A model generated the notes under the pieces. It was not told the DNA's origin and did no database searches. It saw only the letters and a list, made by a program, of their open reading frames with translations. A stretch of DNA of 64,000 bases from Mytilus edulis (Eukaryota). The stretch spans positions 32,984,001 through 33,048,000 of the forward strand of contig NC_092352.1 in assembly GCF_963676685.1 (NCBI RefSeq), given 5' to 3'. This document shows positions 13,933 through 27,700 of this stretch, one piece after another. The number at the start of each line of letters is the position of its first letter. The stretch's first letter is position 1. The position numbers and the translations under genes are program-made.

Positions 13933-15912
13933 CAGCTACAGTGAATTATAAAATATTCTGTGTTATTCCATGTAATGAATTCAGACCACTGGATCAGAAC
14001 AAAACATTTAGCATTCTGAATTAGTAACAGCAGCTTGATTAGAAATTTTTATTGGAAGTTTATACATAATTTCAATTCTTAAATATGCTAGTCTTTAGAG
14101 CTGACATTCTTCAAATATGTTTGTAGATAATTATGTCTTTATCATATGTGACCATGGTGAGCACCAGAAGTTTGAAAGCTGAATGGAAAGAAATAGTTTT
14201 ATGACATTGTTATTGTTTGTTTGTTTGTTTTTTTTTCAATTTAATTATCAGTATGAGATATAAGACAATTCTTTTACTTGAGATAACAATGATTTAGAGA
14301 ACTATGCATTCACAATTTGTTTTGATCCGCTGTTATCGACGTCTTGACAATGCCTATTGTTGTATGACGTCAGAGAGTGAAATAACATGTTTATTTCACA
14401 TGTGAAATTATTGGTTTTTATTTAACTGGGAAATCAATGTAATTCATTGCAACCAATGCAATAATTTTATTTATTTTGAGCTTGTCTCAAGTCATGTTGT
14501 CTCTGATATCATATCCACTTTGCATGACCTCCAGAGATTTAGATACAGTCGCTTAAGTTATTGTCATCTGTCTCTTTGTTTCTTGCTCTTACACCCTTTT
14601 TAGGTCCTTGTTGACTTTCTAGACTTTACTGCTAGTGTTCTAGTCCCCTGAGTCTGAGTAAGTGTCATCAAGTTTTGTTGATGTCTTTGTTTTAATGGCT
14701 TGTAGATTGCCTAATCAACTTACGATTCCATCTGATCATCTATTTTGTTTCACAATTTCTGGGGCTCTTTGTACATTTTCTCCAGTTCAACAGAAAAAAC
14801 TTCTGCATAACCATTTGTCATCAATATTCAGTTCTTGATTATCATTGGATATTCTCAAGCCCCTTATCAGACATTTTATTTTCACTTTCAAAGGGGGTAT
14901 TACCATTGTCAAATTTGTTTTTCTGTCTATTTTACTTTGTATATTATAATATTACTCACATTTTTCTGATTAATAGTGATTTGAACAGTAAACATATTTG
15001 ATACCTAATTAGCAATCTGTTTGTTTACATCACCCAACTCTGATATCTTCTTATGAAATGTTTTTTCATGGTATTGTCATTTCTGATTGACTTCTAATTA
15101 AATTCTTTATTTGTACTTAGTCTTGCTATATCAACAGCTCATTGAACAGGCTGTTATGGTGTTTTTCTGGTTTTCCAAGAATTCAGAAGATGAATTTCTT
15201 GAGTTCTTATAACTTCAATTATTTCCAGTTCTATTTTGTTGTTTAACTTTCGCAAAATCTTCTTAACTGAATTCAATGAATTCTTTGTTTTAAAAACATC
15301 AAAGTTTAAATTTCATTTCAAATGAAGCACTAATAGCTTCTGTATTAAGTTATCTTACTACTTTTTCGTTAAAATTTACAACACCTCGTATAAAAAAATA
15401 ACAGGTTCTGCTTTCGAGAATGACCAATGCTGCGAATTTGCTGAAATGATCTTTGGTAGTTTAATGTATTTAATTCAATTGTCTGATGGGAACTACTAGT
15501 AAGTCATTAATAGATCAATGAAATGAGGCATTCATGACTACATTATTGATAAACACATTGAAAACACAGATGATCATGGCTCTGAGCTTTTAGAGTTTAT
15601 TGATTTATCTATGTATTGAGGTGTAAACTGTTTCAGGATATTTGTATATCTTGTATCTGTGAAATGTCCACCAATAACTTTCTTATGAAAAATCATTAAT
15701 AATGCAATAAACTTATTCAATCCATAACCATGTCTTAAGCTTGCATTAAGATATTGAAATTGTAAAATATAATGGGGGATGACACAAATCTCAAGGTTTT
15801 TTTCTTCTTTTTTTTCTAAATATTTGAAGCCTTCTAAATAGTTTAACTAGACACTCATAAAGCTGCATTTCAGTTTAAAATGTTACATAACTATCTGCTC
15901 ATAGTTTTTTTT

Positions 15913-16190
15913 GGGTATAAATGATTGAATATTGAGTTATTATTTATAGTGTAATGGGTATAAATGATTGTCTACTGTCTTAATTGATAGTGTTATAGGT
16001 ATAAATGATTGTCTACTGTCTTAATTGATAGTGTTATAGGTATAAGTGATTGTGCATGTTCACACAATCTTAGTTTATTGATAGAGTTATGTTTATTAGT
16101 GATTGTTCACCCAGTCTTAATTGATAATGTAATAGCCTTTAGGTATAAGTGATTGTACATGTTCCATCTTAAAAGATAGAGTAATAGGTA
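15913..16190 (+). repeat. Degenerate ~42-bp tandem repeat
   Basis: Recurring ggtataa(a/g)tgattgt...ttaattgatagtgttata, about 5-6 copies. Confidence 0.7.
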
Positions 16191-16438
16191 AAAAGCAAAT
16201 ATTACTTAAGGCTTCAAATCTGAATTTACTAAATTAATTCCTGTGAATTGAATGAAACACTTGACACAATTGCAATGTTTTATCTTAATGTAAGGACTTT
16301 ATGAATGTATTTATTTAAGTAGTTTGTAAATTTGAATTTAAAGAAAGAAGTATGTTACAGAAACCATTAATGCTTTGTATAAATAATTTATAAGTGTAAC
16401 TGTGTTATTAAGAACACAGAAAAGTTATATTTTACTTA

Positions 16439-16635
16439 GGGCTGTTCCAGAATTGATTGGTATGGGGATGGGATATGGTCAAAAGGCATTTCTGTTTAAA
16501 TTTGACAAGCAATGGTTATTTTAGAAAGATAGCCTGAACAATAATTGGAGTATTTATTTAAACTTAATCATATAATGCATGGCAGGGTTAAACAATACGT
16601 GCCCAACCCCAACAAATTTATTTTTGGAACAGCCC
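16439..16635. mobile_element. PIF/Harbinger-like MITE
   Basis: TTA|gggctgttcca ... tggaacagccc|TTA. Confidence 0.65.
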
Positions 16636-17175
16636 TTATAAATGAGAAATCATTCATGTGACATTTTGATTAATCTTACTTGATATTTAAACAAAATAAT
16701 TATCTTGTCCAAACTTTCTGCTCGATAGTTTTGATAAATTCTCAAAAGAATATCTTTTATTTATAATATGACACAAAAATTGTAATATAAACATGGATAG
16801 TTATGAATGTAAAGTACATAAAATAATCATTTATAGATTATATGGCTTAAAAAACGCATTAAAATGATGTTATTTGTAGCTGAGAATTATTATATGTACA
16901 TAGAGTAATCATATCTTGAAGCTTTGATTCAGCATTGTTATACATATGTATGTATATAGAGTGATCATTTCATGATAGCAATGACTCAACGCATGAATTG
17001 TAATACACATGTAGAAATGTGTGTACATAGATTTATCTTTAATGATTAAAAGCTCTGACTCAATACATTTACTGTAATACAGATATATGTTCATTGGTTA
17101 TCATTGTTGATAACTAAGCACATGCATTGTAATATGTACATAAAAAGTAACCATGGTGCAGCAGTATTCTGTGAT

Positions 17176-17185
17176 AATAAATAAA
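17176..17185 (+). promoter_or_regulatory. Candidate PDPK1 polyadenylation signal (would imply a ~3.2 kb 3' UTR)
   Basis: Overlapping AATAAA hexamers followed by a T/GT-rich tract; weak evidence in AT-rich DNA. Confidence 0.3.
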
Positions 17186-17916
17186 GACTATTTCCATTTC
17201 ATTTTTTGTAGTTTGTTATTGAACCCTATGCCTTCTGTTCTATGTTTGTAAAACTGATCATGAACAGTTTGACAGAATTTGTAAAACTTTCACAGAACCC
17301 AACTCACATTATGTTCTTTTGCACCTTCTAATTAACTTTTTACCTGTTTGATTTTTGCTGTTATCATTGCTAGGACATGGACTTCATCCTTTATGCACTA
17401 AAATACACATTTGTATCAGTTTCTCTGATACCCATAAACATGGTTAAATGAATCATTCTCAGGCATGTACTTCATGTATATAATGCCATTGTGCAGGGTC
17501 AGTGCACCTCCAGTTTTCTTTTTTGGATTGTAATATTAACATGGAATGATCATTACTGGATAGTTATTACTCATGACTATAAAGCAAATAAGTTTTAGGT
17601 TCATTTTACTAAAGCATAGACTATCCAAAAACTTTATTTGATACATGTAGTACTCATTTTGAATCTGCAACTCTTTCAAAACCCCTTATTGCAATGTATT
17701 AATTAAGTCTTTCTCCAAATCTAATGTTCTTAACCATATAATGCTATTGTGCAACTCCTGTTTTCATTTTTGATCTGAATATTTTTTTCCTTCCCCTTAG
17801 AAATCATAAATATGAAAGGCTTAAAATCCCACTGAATAAAGATCTGCCAACTCGCCCCACTCATGAAAATATCTTGCTTCCTTTAAATATTTTAAATTAC
17901 TGAAATTTGGTATCCA

Positions 17917-17981
17917 GTGGTCCTGGTGTAGGGTAATGTGTTGTGACTTTATATGCTAAAGGGCTTGAGTTCGAATCCCAG
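17917..17981 (+). mobile_element. Possible tRNA-derived SINE head fragment
   Basis: A-box-like tggtgtagggtaa and B-box gagttcgaatccc at tRNA-like spacing; no intact cloverleaf. Confidence 0.35.
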
Positions 17982-17994
17982 ATTAGACAATGAA

Positions 17995-18301
17995 TTTTTA
18001 TGCCCCACCTACGATAGTAGAGGGGCATTATGTTTTCTGGTCTGTGCGTCCGTTCGTCCGTCCGTCCGTCCGTTCGTCCGTTCGTCCGTCTGTCCCGCTT
18101 CAGGTTAAAGTTTTTGGTCGAGGTAGTTTTTGATGAAATTGAAGTCCAATCGACTTCAAACTTGGTACACATGTTCCCTATGATATGATCTTTCTAATTT
18201 TAATGCCAAATTAGAGATTTTACCCCAATTTCACGGTCCACTGAACATAGAAAAATGATAGTGCGAGTGGGGCATTCGTGTACTGAGGACACATTCTTGT
18301 T
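17995..18301 (+). mobile_element. HINE-type non-autonomous Helentron
   Basis: TTTTT-atgccccac, (GTCC)n, 3' gtggggcat, ends cttgtt. Confidence 0.8.
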
Positions 18302-18399
18302 CAACATATTTTTTGTTTGTTAGTGTACATTTCTCAATAGATAATTCTAAGTTTTATTGTGGATTAGGCATTCCCGCCAAAATGATACAAAACAAAAGA

Positions 18400-19900
18400 A
18401 AGCATGAAAAACATAGACACTCGAGCTGGGATGGTCTGGTATGGATGATCCGGCTCAGATCACCCCTGGTAGAACAAAGGAGCTGGGATGTAAAGCATGT
18501 GCTAATACTGGAATTGCTCAATGCTTCATTTCGACAATACAAGCTCTTGGTATCCCTTGGATTCTGTTGTAAGTTGTCATTAACTTTTTTTTTAATTCCT
18601 TTTAAACCATACCTGGCCTGAATGATCCTTATGGTATCTTGTTTAAAGTTATTGATTTTTGTCTTCTACAACTGACCAACACATCTGCAGTGGCTGATAG
18701 AACCCACTTGTCTGAAGTGATCAGATTTGACTGATCAAGGAAGTGAATCAGTCTGCCCCCACTGGCATTTGAGGACAAGCAGTTGGCAAACGCTCCTCCG
18801 CTCCGCAATATAGTACTAAAGAAGAGGAAGAACATCATATTCTAGACTACTTCCTCTTAACCACCTTATCTTTTTTTTCACTATCAACTGATCTCTTGGG
18901 TTGATGTGGCGATTGAAAATAACCTTTATTTGTAGGGAAGGTAGCTGAAGGTGATTGAGAAGTTATGACTTTATTTTTCTAAATATTCATTTGTACATCA
19001 TCCTCTCAACAGGTTTACCAGTCCGGTAGCCTAACAGTATGAAAACTAGTAGAACAAAAAAAAATTATACTGGATGACACGCCGTCCAGGATAAAAAAGG
19101 TGTCAATCGGTTGTTATCAAGGACACAACAACACCGATTTTATCAGGTGTCCCCAGTATCACCCCGATTTTGTTTTTTGTGCATGGATTTACGAGTTTTG
19201 AACAGAGGTATACTACTGTTGCCTTTATTTACTAGCTTCATCTTGAAATGTTCAAAAGGGAGGCTGGATAACTTATCCTTTTACTAATAGAGAAAACAGA
19301 GTCTCATTAAGAGGCTTTAAAATAAGTGCATTTTCTCATGTGAGGTTGGAAAAGGTGCCCATAAAAGGAAGTTGTGTAAACCCAAAGGCCCGGTCCACCA
19401 GTTGAAGGATAGATTTTAGTTCATCGAACTCCTCTCCTTTGTCATTTAATAAAGATCAAACAGCACCTAAAGAAAAGAAAATTATCCCTCAGTTTCCCCA
19501 TTATCGCCCTCTTCACTGGATCTGGTGCTATAAATAATCGACGTTTTTTTCTTTTCCACAAGAAAAGGATGGTTACACTATTCCAGGTTATATCTGAATA
19601 GGGTCATGGTATTAGTCAATGGTCTTGAAGATCCTTACGGATTGACCTGATCAAAAAAGCCTTGCCTTCTTTGCCAATAAAGTGATGCCCTACAAGAGTT
19701 AAAATGTATGCCTGAGAAAGGTGAGTAGGAAAACGTCCACATAAGTGAAAAGCATCGCTCCTTGAACCTAAAGTTACTGCAAAACTACTTCAGTTTAATC
19801 TCAAAGCTGTCTACAGGCTTTCTAATGTCAATTGAGACCCAAATGCACAAAGACGTAGACGTAAACAACTAAAGGTCATCGTATGGCCTTCGGCAAAGAG
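18400..19900 (-). pseudogene. Decayed DIRS-like retrotransposon relic (gag end / pol start)
   Basis: Minus-strand GGRLIHFLDQSNLITSDKWVLS resembles the DIRS1 pol N-terminal motif (GGRL..F...W..ITSD.WVL). A KLSSLPFE gag-like remnant lies near 19245-19275. Many stops; boundaries approximate. Confidence 0.4.
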
Positions 19901-20158
19901 CAAAACTCATACTGTGTAGAATGTAGAACAAGAAATCCGTGACTACCGATATTTTGCATGTATCATGAACATTGATTACCTCAACTTTATTTTGTGGAAT
20001 GCCACTGAACAAAAATCGTCCAAATTTTAATCTAATTAATTTAAAAATGACGCGCAGTGATTGAAAGAGCTGAAATAACACTGTCTGACTATGATAATAA
20101 TGAAGAGGCTATTTAATTGGTTCCCAAGTAATACTGCAAGTTAAAATATTTGCCTTCT

Positions 20159-22177
20159 TTATTCTACATAAAACTGAAGCCATCCAGAAAACGATGTTCG
20201 TCCATCATTTCGGCTATAGACACTCCCACTAGGAGTATTGAATTTGCTTGTTCGAACAAAGCATACATCACCTGCAGTCATGCTGACGACAACAGTCGAA
20301 GAGGAGGTTGAAGTATAGTGATATCTATTATTCGAATAGGTTGCGCCAATGACTTCTTGATTCTTCACAATTTCAGTAGGAATATCTGAATTGCTGGACG
20401 GAATTGTTGAATACGAAAAAATATATACTCCTGGGGTTGGAGCTGTGAATCTTCCACTTGAATGATTGTATGAGTTACCAAAATTGACAATTACATTGTC
20501 GTATATCAGTGTGTGTCCAACTCCTGGATTATTTTCATCTTTTGTCATGTATGCATAAAAAGCTGGTGTCGCTCCATTCGGCCCTGGAATTTGAAACGGA
20601 TAAGAATGTATATTAATACTGGTTGTAGACAACAGTTAAGTATCATTTAAAAAAGTCTTCAGATTAAATACAGGCAATAGAAGATAAATTCGGTGTTTTA
20701 TACAGAGTGGACGTGGACGTCGACACAATGTTTTTATGTGATTTATTGATGATTTGCAGAGGAGATCGAACACGTGTATAATACTCCGTATGATAGGACA
20801 AACAAAAATCAATAGTAACTACTTTGGTAATAACAGAACTAGATGTCTTTCTATATCCTCATACCGGTATTTGCGAACATGTAAAATATAATTGACACTT
20901 ACACATTGATTCGTTTTTTCGAACTTTCATAGATTTACCTTCATTGTGTGTTATAATGCTAAAAACTAAAGCCAACGATGTGCAGGTGTCATACCACCAA
21001 TTAAAAGTCCCCATCTGTTCAACCAAATTTTACAATTTTCACAGCTTTCTAAATATTTTACCTTAAGTTTAACTTCATAGAAACCAGGTATATCCCGAAT
21101 CGTACATGTATCAGCTTTCTACATGCCAATTTTCAACAGGTGTTTAAAATCATATAAAAAAGAAAAGGTCTTCCGATTAGAGGTACCACTAAAAATAACC
21201 CCTGGTTTTCTGGAAATCTTAAATTAGTATACTATGGAGTGCATTAATCCTCAATGTTGAATGCAAACTCATAAACAAGTAAATTTTAGCTCAAAATGGT
21301 CTTAATATATTTCTCTTTCATCAAAAGTTTCATTTCTGCCAATTTGTTGGTTAGTATAAGTAAACAATGACATCAAATGCACTATTTTTTGTTCGAGTAG
21401 GCCTACTTTCACATACGTTCTAAATTTGAGGGAGTAATTGGTGGTATGACACCTGCAAATACTGAGGGAGTTATATTACTTAAAGTGATCGTATAATAAC
21501 AATCTATTTTTGTGTACGCTTTGCTCAAAGAAGTTTGAACATTAGTTTCTTGATATATTTATTTTTTTCGTCGGAAAATTATAATGTATATAATGCATTA
21601 ATAACTTGCCTATAAAGATTAGGTACCATATAACAAACTTCCGAACAATTGCAATCAATGTACGTTCGTGCTGATCCATAAAACCGATTCGATTATTTAC
21701 GACCAAATTTGTTCAACTGTTTAAGTATTCATCAAGAAATAGCTGTCAATCTGTCAACTAGACATTTACATGGTGAACAAGATACCTTTAAACGTACAAG
21801 TTCATTTGTTCTTCCATAGCTTTTAAAAATTTCAATGATATATGCAAAATAACGATGTAGGTGTACCAACCTATTCCCTTGAACTGTTGCAATATAGATT
21901 CCAGTATATGTATCCTTTCTTCTTGGTTATCCACTCTGTTGGTCAGAAATATATTTGCACTTTTTATCTCCCTCAACTGTTGCTGCGTTTCATACTTAAA
22001 ATCCTTCAATCGTGAGATTTCTTTTTGAACGTTAAATTGTTCTTTCTTTGCCTGGAATTCTAACTTATCCAAACTCTCGAACTTCTCTTTCTTTTCTTGT
22101 TTATTAGTTGAAATTCCATTAATGAAACTTAACAGTAAATATAAAATTTTTGTTATGCTTTTTCGTGTAAAAATCAT
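20159..22177 (-). CDS. C1q domain-containing protein (hydrophobic N-terminus, coiled coil, globular C1q domain)
   Basis: Exon 22177-21871 (phase-1 donor G|GTTGGT) joins in frame to exon 20583-20159 (acceptor attccag). C1q motifs PAFYAY, LIYDNVIVNFGNSY, GRFTAPTPGVYIFSY, GDVCFV, TSFSGW. Confidence 0.85.
20981..21457. mobile_element. MITE in the C1qDC intron
   Basis: Perfect 23-bp TIRs tgcaggtgtcataccaccaatta / taattggtggtatgacacctgca; TSD not evident. Confidence 0.75.
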
Positions 22178-24174
22178 TTAACTGATTGATTTTCGTTGTT
22201 TATATATAATATTTACAGTCTTCGGACAACTAGCTCAGCAAGAGTGTTGAAGAAATGTGTTTAAATAATGTTAACGTCATCATTCGTATTTTAAGTGATA
22301 AGAGAGTGTATGTTTACTTAAGTGTTTTCCAAACTTTACGATTAGTAAGGAAACAACTAGCCTGTCCTAAGTTAGCAACTTCGTCAGTTGTTGTCTCAGA
22401 TAATACAAATATTAATGGTTTTTTTTTTTGTTTGTTTTTGTCATTTAAAGAATTTGTTTTTTTTTTAAGGCAGATCTTTATGGGGCAGGTATTAACAAAG
22501 TTCAGAATTGAACCGCTTCACATATTGTAAAGATACCTGCCAGTTGAAGACTGTATGTTGACCTTTAGGTGTATTTCTTTTAGTTTTTGTCGTTTCGTTG
22601 CTATCTAATTAATACAAACCGTAAATCTGCTTTTATTCATGGTAAATAGATTAAGAAAAGGTATGTATTTTCTTTCAAATTACGTTATATATCAACTTCA
22701 AAAGAGAATCAAATTAATAAACTCATCATAGATACCGGGATTGAAATATATTTGCGTCAGATGCTCGTTTCGTTTACAAAAGATGCACGATTAAAAAAAT
22801 GTTAAAGTTGCATCGTCGTGTTGTCTTGTGAAGGGATGTTAAACCTGAAATCATTCTAGCAGTTATTGTGTTGAATGGTTGGTTCGCTGAACCAGATGAG
22901 AAAAATAAGAAAATGAGAAAATAGTGTTTTGTTAGTATGAAGACACAAAATAAAACAAACAATGATTTATATTGATATTAGTTGATGAATAATAAAAATA
23001 CATTCTATGAATTGTTCAACGAGAAACAAGAAACCTCTATATGTTCTTGAGAGTATCTTTTGTTGCAGTAGGGGTTAAATATCACGTATATTTTTAAAAT
23101 TCATGAACCGATAGTCCAAACATAATCATGTTTTTGTTACCTGGTTATAAGAATGTGAATGCTGATTATGCGTTAGTTAATTAAGACACCTTTGATTTGA
23201 AATAATGTTTAATAACATATAAACAGTAATGCATTAGCAATTATCAGTCCTGTCTATTGCGAGTGTGCAGAAAGTTATCGCTTGTGAAATGAACTTTTCG
23301 AAAAGAGATTTTTTTCAGATTTCCAATCGTAAACTTTCCGTTTCTGAAATAATCGAGAGGTAAAAATATAGTCAAACAACGAACGATATGGAGTATATGG
23401 GTCATCATAAAAAATAATATGCAAAACTATGTTATTTGGTATGTTTAAGTCAAAAGACATGAAAATATATAAAATGTATCAAAATAACACTAGCATATGT
23501 TAGATATGAATGTTTTGTGATACACTATACACAGTTTACAGTATGAAATGTTATAAAAAAACATCCTTAATGATTTCTTAAACCCTTGGATATAGCCAGA
23601 ATCAACTGTTAATTTTTACTACAAATACTTTAGACCTTAAGTAGGACTATTATTTATACCATTTGTTATTAGGATTTATCACTTTTTATTGCATTTTGAT
23701 ACATACAAAATTTTTAAAGATTTGGGAGGTGTATGTTGGTTTTATCATAAAAAAATTCACCAAAAGGAAAAGTCTCATTTTTAAAGTCAATGGTGTAACC
23801 AAAAGACAAATTGGTAGGATAAGAGTTATCTTTCTCAAGATTTCAGCAGTTGCAATAGTTTCTCCCTTAGCAATGTTACCTAGTGTAAGCATGTTATGCA
23901 AAAGAAAACAAACATTTATGTTGAAATTTAGTGAAAAAATCTTAAAAGTAAGTAAAAGCTATATCATAATTGAAAATAGTGTCTATGGTTTACCCTTACA
24001 TTTTTTTAAAACATTTCAGGGACTTTGAATATGAAATATATTGATTATAGAAACATGCAACAGTACCAACATATAAAATAGGGGAATGGAGCACTTATTT
24101 CGTAACTTAATCTTCAATCACACCTTAAATCATTGGTGTTACTGTAAATGGTGAGACCATTTTGATAAATTAAG

Positions 24175-24494
24175 AGCATGCGCTGTTTAACCCCGCCACA
24201 TTATTTAGGTATGTGCCTGTCCCAAGTCGGGAGCCTGTAATTCAGTGGTTGTTGTTTGTTTATGTGTTGCATATTTGTTTTTCGTTCATTTTTTTTTATA
24301 TAAATAAGGCCGTTTGTTTTCTCGTTTGAATTGTTGTACATTGTCTTATCGGGGCCTTTTATAGCTGACTATGCGGCATGGGCTTTGCACATTGTTGAAG
24401 GCCGTACGGTGACTTATAGTTGTTAATTTCTGTCATTTTGGTCTCTTTTGGACAGTTGTTTCATTGGCAATCATACCACATCTTCTTTTTTATA
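24175..24494 (+). repeat. Interspersed repeat (family uncertain)
   Basis: Ends in tcattggcaatcataccacatcttcttttttat; the same terminal motif recurs at ~35745-35775, ~38523-38550, ~50605-50635 and inverted at ~49730. Confidence 0.55.
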
Positions 24495-25345
24495 TCGAAC
24501 ATTTTAGTAACACCACTGAATAATTATGACAATCAGCATTGTTTTGTGCTTCTTTCATGCTTAACAAGCAAAACGTCATATTATTTATGAAAAAACAATA
24601 CTTATTTAACAATGTTTTATTTATAGCATGTATTACATATACAAAAAGTTTTCACAAACTGATGCATGCTAGTAACACCAATGACACTATTTAGTAACAC
24701 TATTGACATTTTTAGTGATTGATGTTATGTTATATAATTTGAGATATTTTAGCCTAAGAATTATTTTTTCATCTTTATCTCTTGCTCGGTGTTCTTGGCT
24801 TTGTGTTCAGTACTTAATAAAGGTAAAAATTTGAAATGTGATGTCAATGGTGATACTTTTGTGTCATTGGAGTTACTGAAGGGTCAGTGGTGTTACTATA
24901 TAAAAATGCGACATTTTTTATTTTAAATTTATAAATGAAAGTGTTTTTAGGTTGTGTACGAAGGATTAGGTATATTATTATTATTTTTAAGTGTATTTTT
25001 TAGTATTCACAACGGCCATAATTAGAACAGCCCAACTTTTTTACGACAATGTATTCTGAAATTCATGTCTGAATAGAATGCACAGCTATATGAGTAATGT
25101 CAATAAGTCGTAATTTAAACCTAAACAGAAAATTGGAACATTTGTTTGATGTTAAACAATAACATTTAGTACCTAAATGTATGCTTTAAATTGGTAACAC
25201 CATTGACACGATTCTATCAAAGGATGACCTAAAATTGTTAAGATTGAAGGAACTCTTCATTTTTCCCATTGCATATTTCTGAACATCGTTGCTACCATAC
25301 TATAGAATAACGGGACACATTTAAGTGTTTTAAACAATGACATCA

Positions 25346-26426
25346 TTTTTGTCGAGCCTGCAACTTTTGTTGCAGAAAGCTCGACATTGGGATAGTGATC
25401 CGGCGGCGGCGGCGGCGGCGTTAGCTCACTTCTTAAAAGCTTTATATTTTAGAAGGTGGAAGACCTGGATGCTTCATACTTTGTATATAGATGCTTCATG
25501 TTACGAAGTTTCCGTCAGTCACATGTCCAATGTCCTTGACCTCATTTTCATGGTTCAGTGACCACTTGAAAAAAAAGTTCAAATTTTTTGTAATGTTGAA
25601 TTCTCTCTTATTATAAGTAATAGGATAACTATATTTGATATGTGCGTACCTTGCAAGGTCATCATGTCTGTCAGACAGTTTTCACTTGACCTCGACCTCA
25701 TTTTATGGATCAGTGAACAAGGTTAAGTTTTGGTGGTCAAGTCCATATCTCAGATACTATAAGCAATAGGGCTAGTATATTCGGTGTATGGAAGGACTGT
25801 AAAGTGTACATGTCCAGCTGACAGGTGTCATCTGACCTTGACCTCATTTTCATGGTTCAGTGGTTATAGTTAAATTTTTGTGTTTTGGTCTGTTTTTCTC
25901 ATACTATATGCAATAGGTCTACTATATTTGTTGTATGGAATGATTGTAAGGTGTACACGTCTAGCGGGCAGATGTCATGTGACCTTGACCTCATTTTTAG
26001 GTTCAGTGGTCAAAGTTAAGTTTTTGAGTTTTGGTCTTTTTATCTAATACTATATGCCATAGGTCAACTGTATTTCGTGTATGGAAATATTTTATGATCT
26101 TTATGTCAGTCGTGCAGGTTTTATTTGACCGTGACCTCATTTTCATGGTTCATTGCACAGTGTTAAGTTTTTGTGTTTGGTCTATTTTTCTTAAACTATA
26201 AGTAATGGGTCAACTATATATGTTGCATATAAGCATTGTTAGCTTTACGTGTCTACCTGGCATGGTTCATCTGACCTTGACCTCAATTTCAAGGTTCGTT
26301 GGTCTTTGTTTAGTTATCTTGGTTAATGTTAAGTTTATGTGAAGCTTAGCTTTATACTTAGGACTATCAACATTATATCAATGATTAGTATAGAAGGCGA
26401 GACATTACAGCGTGTGCACTCTTGTT
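25346..26426 (+). mobile_element. HINE-type non-autonomous Helentron with ~150-bp internal tandem repeats
   Basis: TTTTT-gtcgagcct with 5' foldback (agctcgaca), (GGC)n, repeated tgaccttgacctcattttcatggttca units, 3' aggcgagaca inverted repeat, ends cttgtt. Confidence 0.8.
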
Positions 26427-27478
26427 CAAAATATTACCTTGTTGAAATTTGCACTTTTTTTTATAATGACCCATATAATATATCTCCCAGGTTACATGTA
26501 CGGTATCCGAGAACTTATGTCTTCTACCATAGTTCCTTTGATAGAAGTTTAATGTCCTTGAACCAACAGTTTCCAATGGTTAAATTAAAATCATTACTTC
26601 TAAAGTTTTCAAAGACACTAGGAGGAGGATTTTGTTGACAGCTATGTTGCCACAGTATTAGCACAATAATAGAACGTAAGTTACAATTTGACAATTCATC
26701 TGTTAACTACAGTGGTGTAGTGTTGTAGTACATTATTGTAAATGATTACTCTGTACGCGTTACTTGTGTTGGTATTAATTTGCATTTAGGATTTTGTGTA
26801 ATATATATATAACCTAATAATGAAAACAAATTAATATATATCAATCAATCAGTTACTTAAGGTAATTCTATCCCTTAATCGTGGAAGCTTCGACCAATAG
26901 ATATGTAATAGTTCCAGTCGACACTGAAAGCTGATTTTAGTTATCAAATCATGAAAAATGAACCACAGGTACATCCCGGAAGAATCTCTTTTATAAAACA
27001 TCATTTTAGATATAATAAAACTAACTCCTTTCTGAAATACTAAACCTTCGAATAAATACTAATACTAGCACTTCATTTTCTAAATGAAAGGGTGTAAACA
27101 ATACGTATATATGGTCCGCAGTAGAGGGTATTGTGTTTTCCAGTCAGTGTGTTCGTTCGTTATAGTTCCGTTTCAGGTAAACAAAAAATGTAATATTTTT
27201 GATTTGGTACACGAGTTGAGCGTTTTTGAAAATACTGTATGTATTTTAACTAGTTTTATATAGAAATTGTTTTACAGTCTCTCGTAATTCTTAATAGAAT
27301 GGTACTTGTATTTTATATTTGTGTATTGTCTGTTTAATATTGTGTATATACTCTGTATGTACTGTATATTTATGTATTGCAAGTAATGAGACTTTAATAA
27401 AATATTGAATCTGAATCTACTGTGGATTAGTGGTCCTCCAATTAAAAAAAATACGAAGTTCAAGAGTTACTCGAAACC

Positions 27479-27700
27479 CAATAGTTATCAAAGGTACCAG
27501 GATTATAATTTAGTACGCCAGACGCGCGTTTCGTCTTCATAAGGCTCATAAGACTCATCAGTGACGCTCATATCAACATATTTATAAAGCCAAACAAGTA
27601 CAAAGTTGAAGAGCATTGAGGATCCAAAATTCCAAAAAGTTGTGCCAAATACGGCTAAGGTAATCTATGCCTGGGATAAGAAAATCCTTAGTTTTACGAA
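27479..27700 (+). repeat. Interspersed repeat, family also at 22717-22790, 54155-54366 and (inverted) 33180-33266/52727-53057
   Basis: Shared taccagga...cgccagacgcgcgtttcgtc...agactcatcagtgacgct...aagttgaagagcattgag...gctaaggtaatctatgcctg. Confidence 0.75.

Noticed and set aside
14480-15400. Minus-strand coding-like composition downstream of the PDPK1 stop
   Set aside because: No long ORF and no recognisable motif.
17917-17981. Functional tRNA gene
   Set aside because: B-box present, but acceptor and anticodon stems do not pair.
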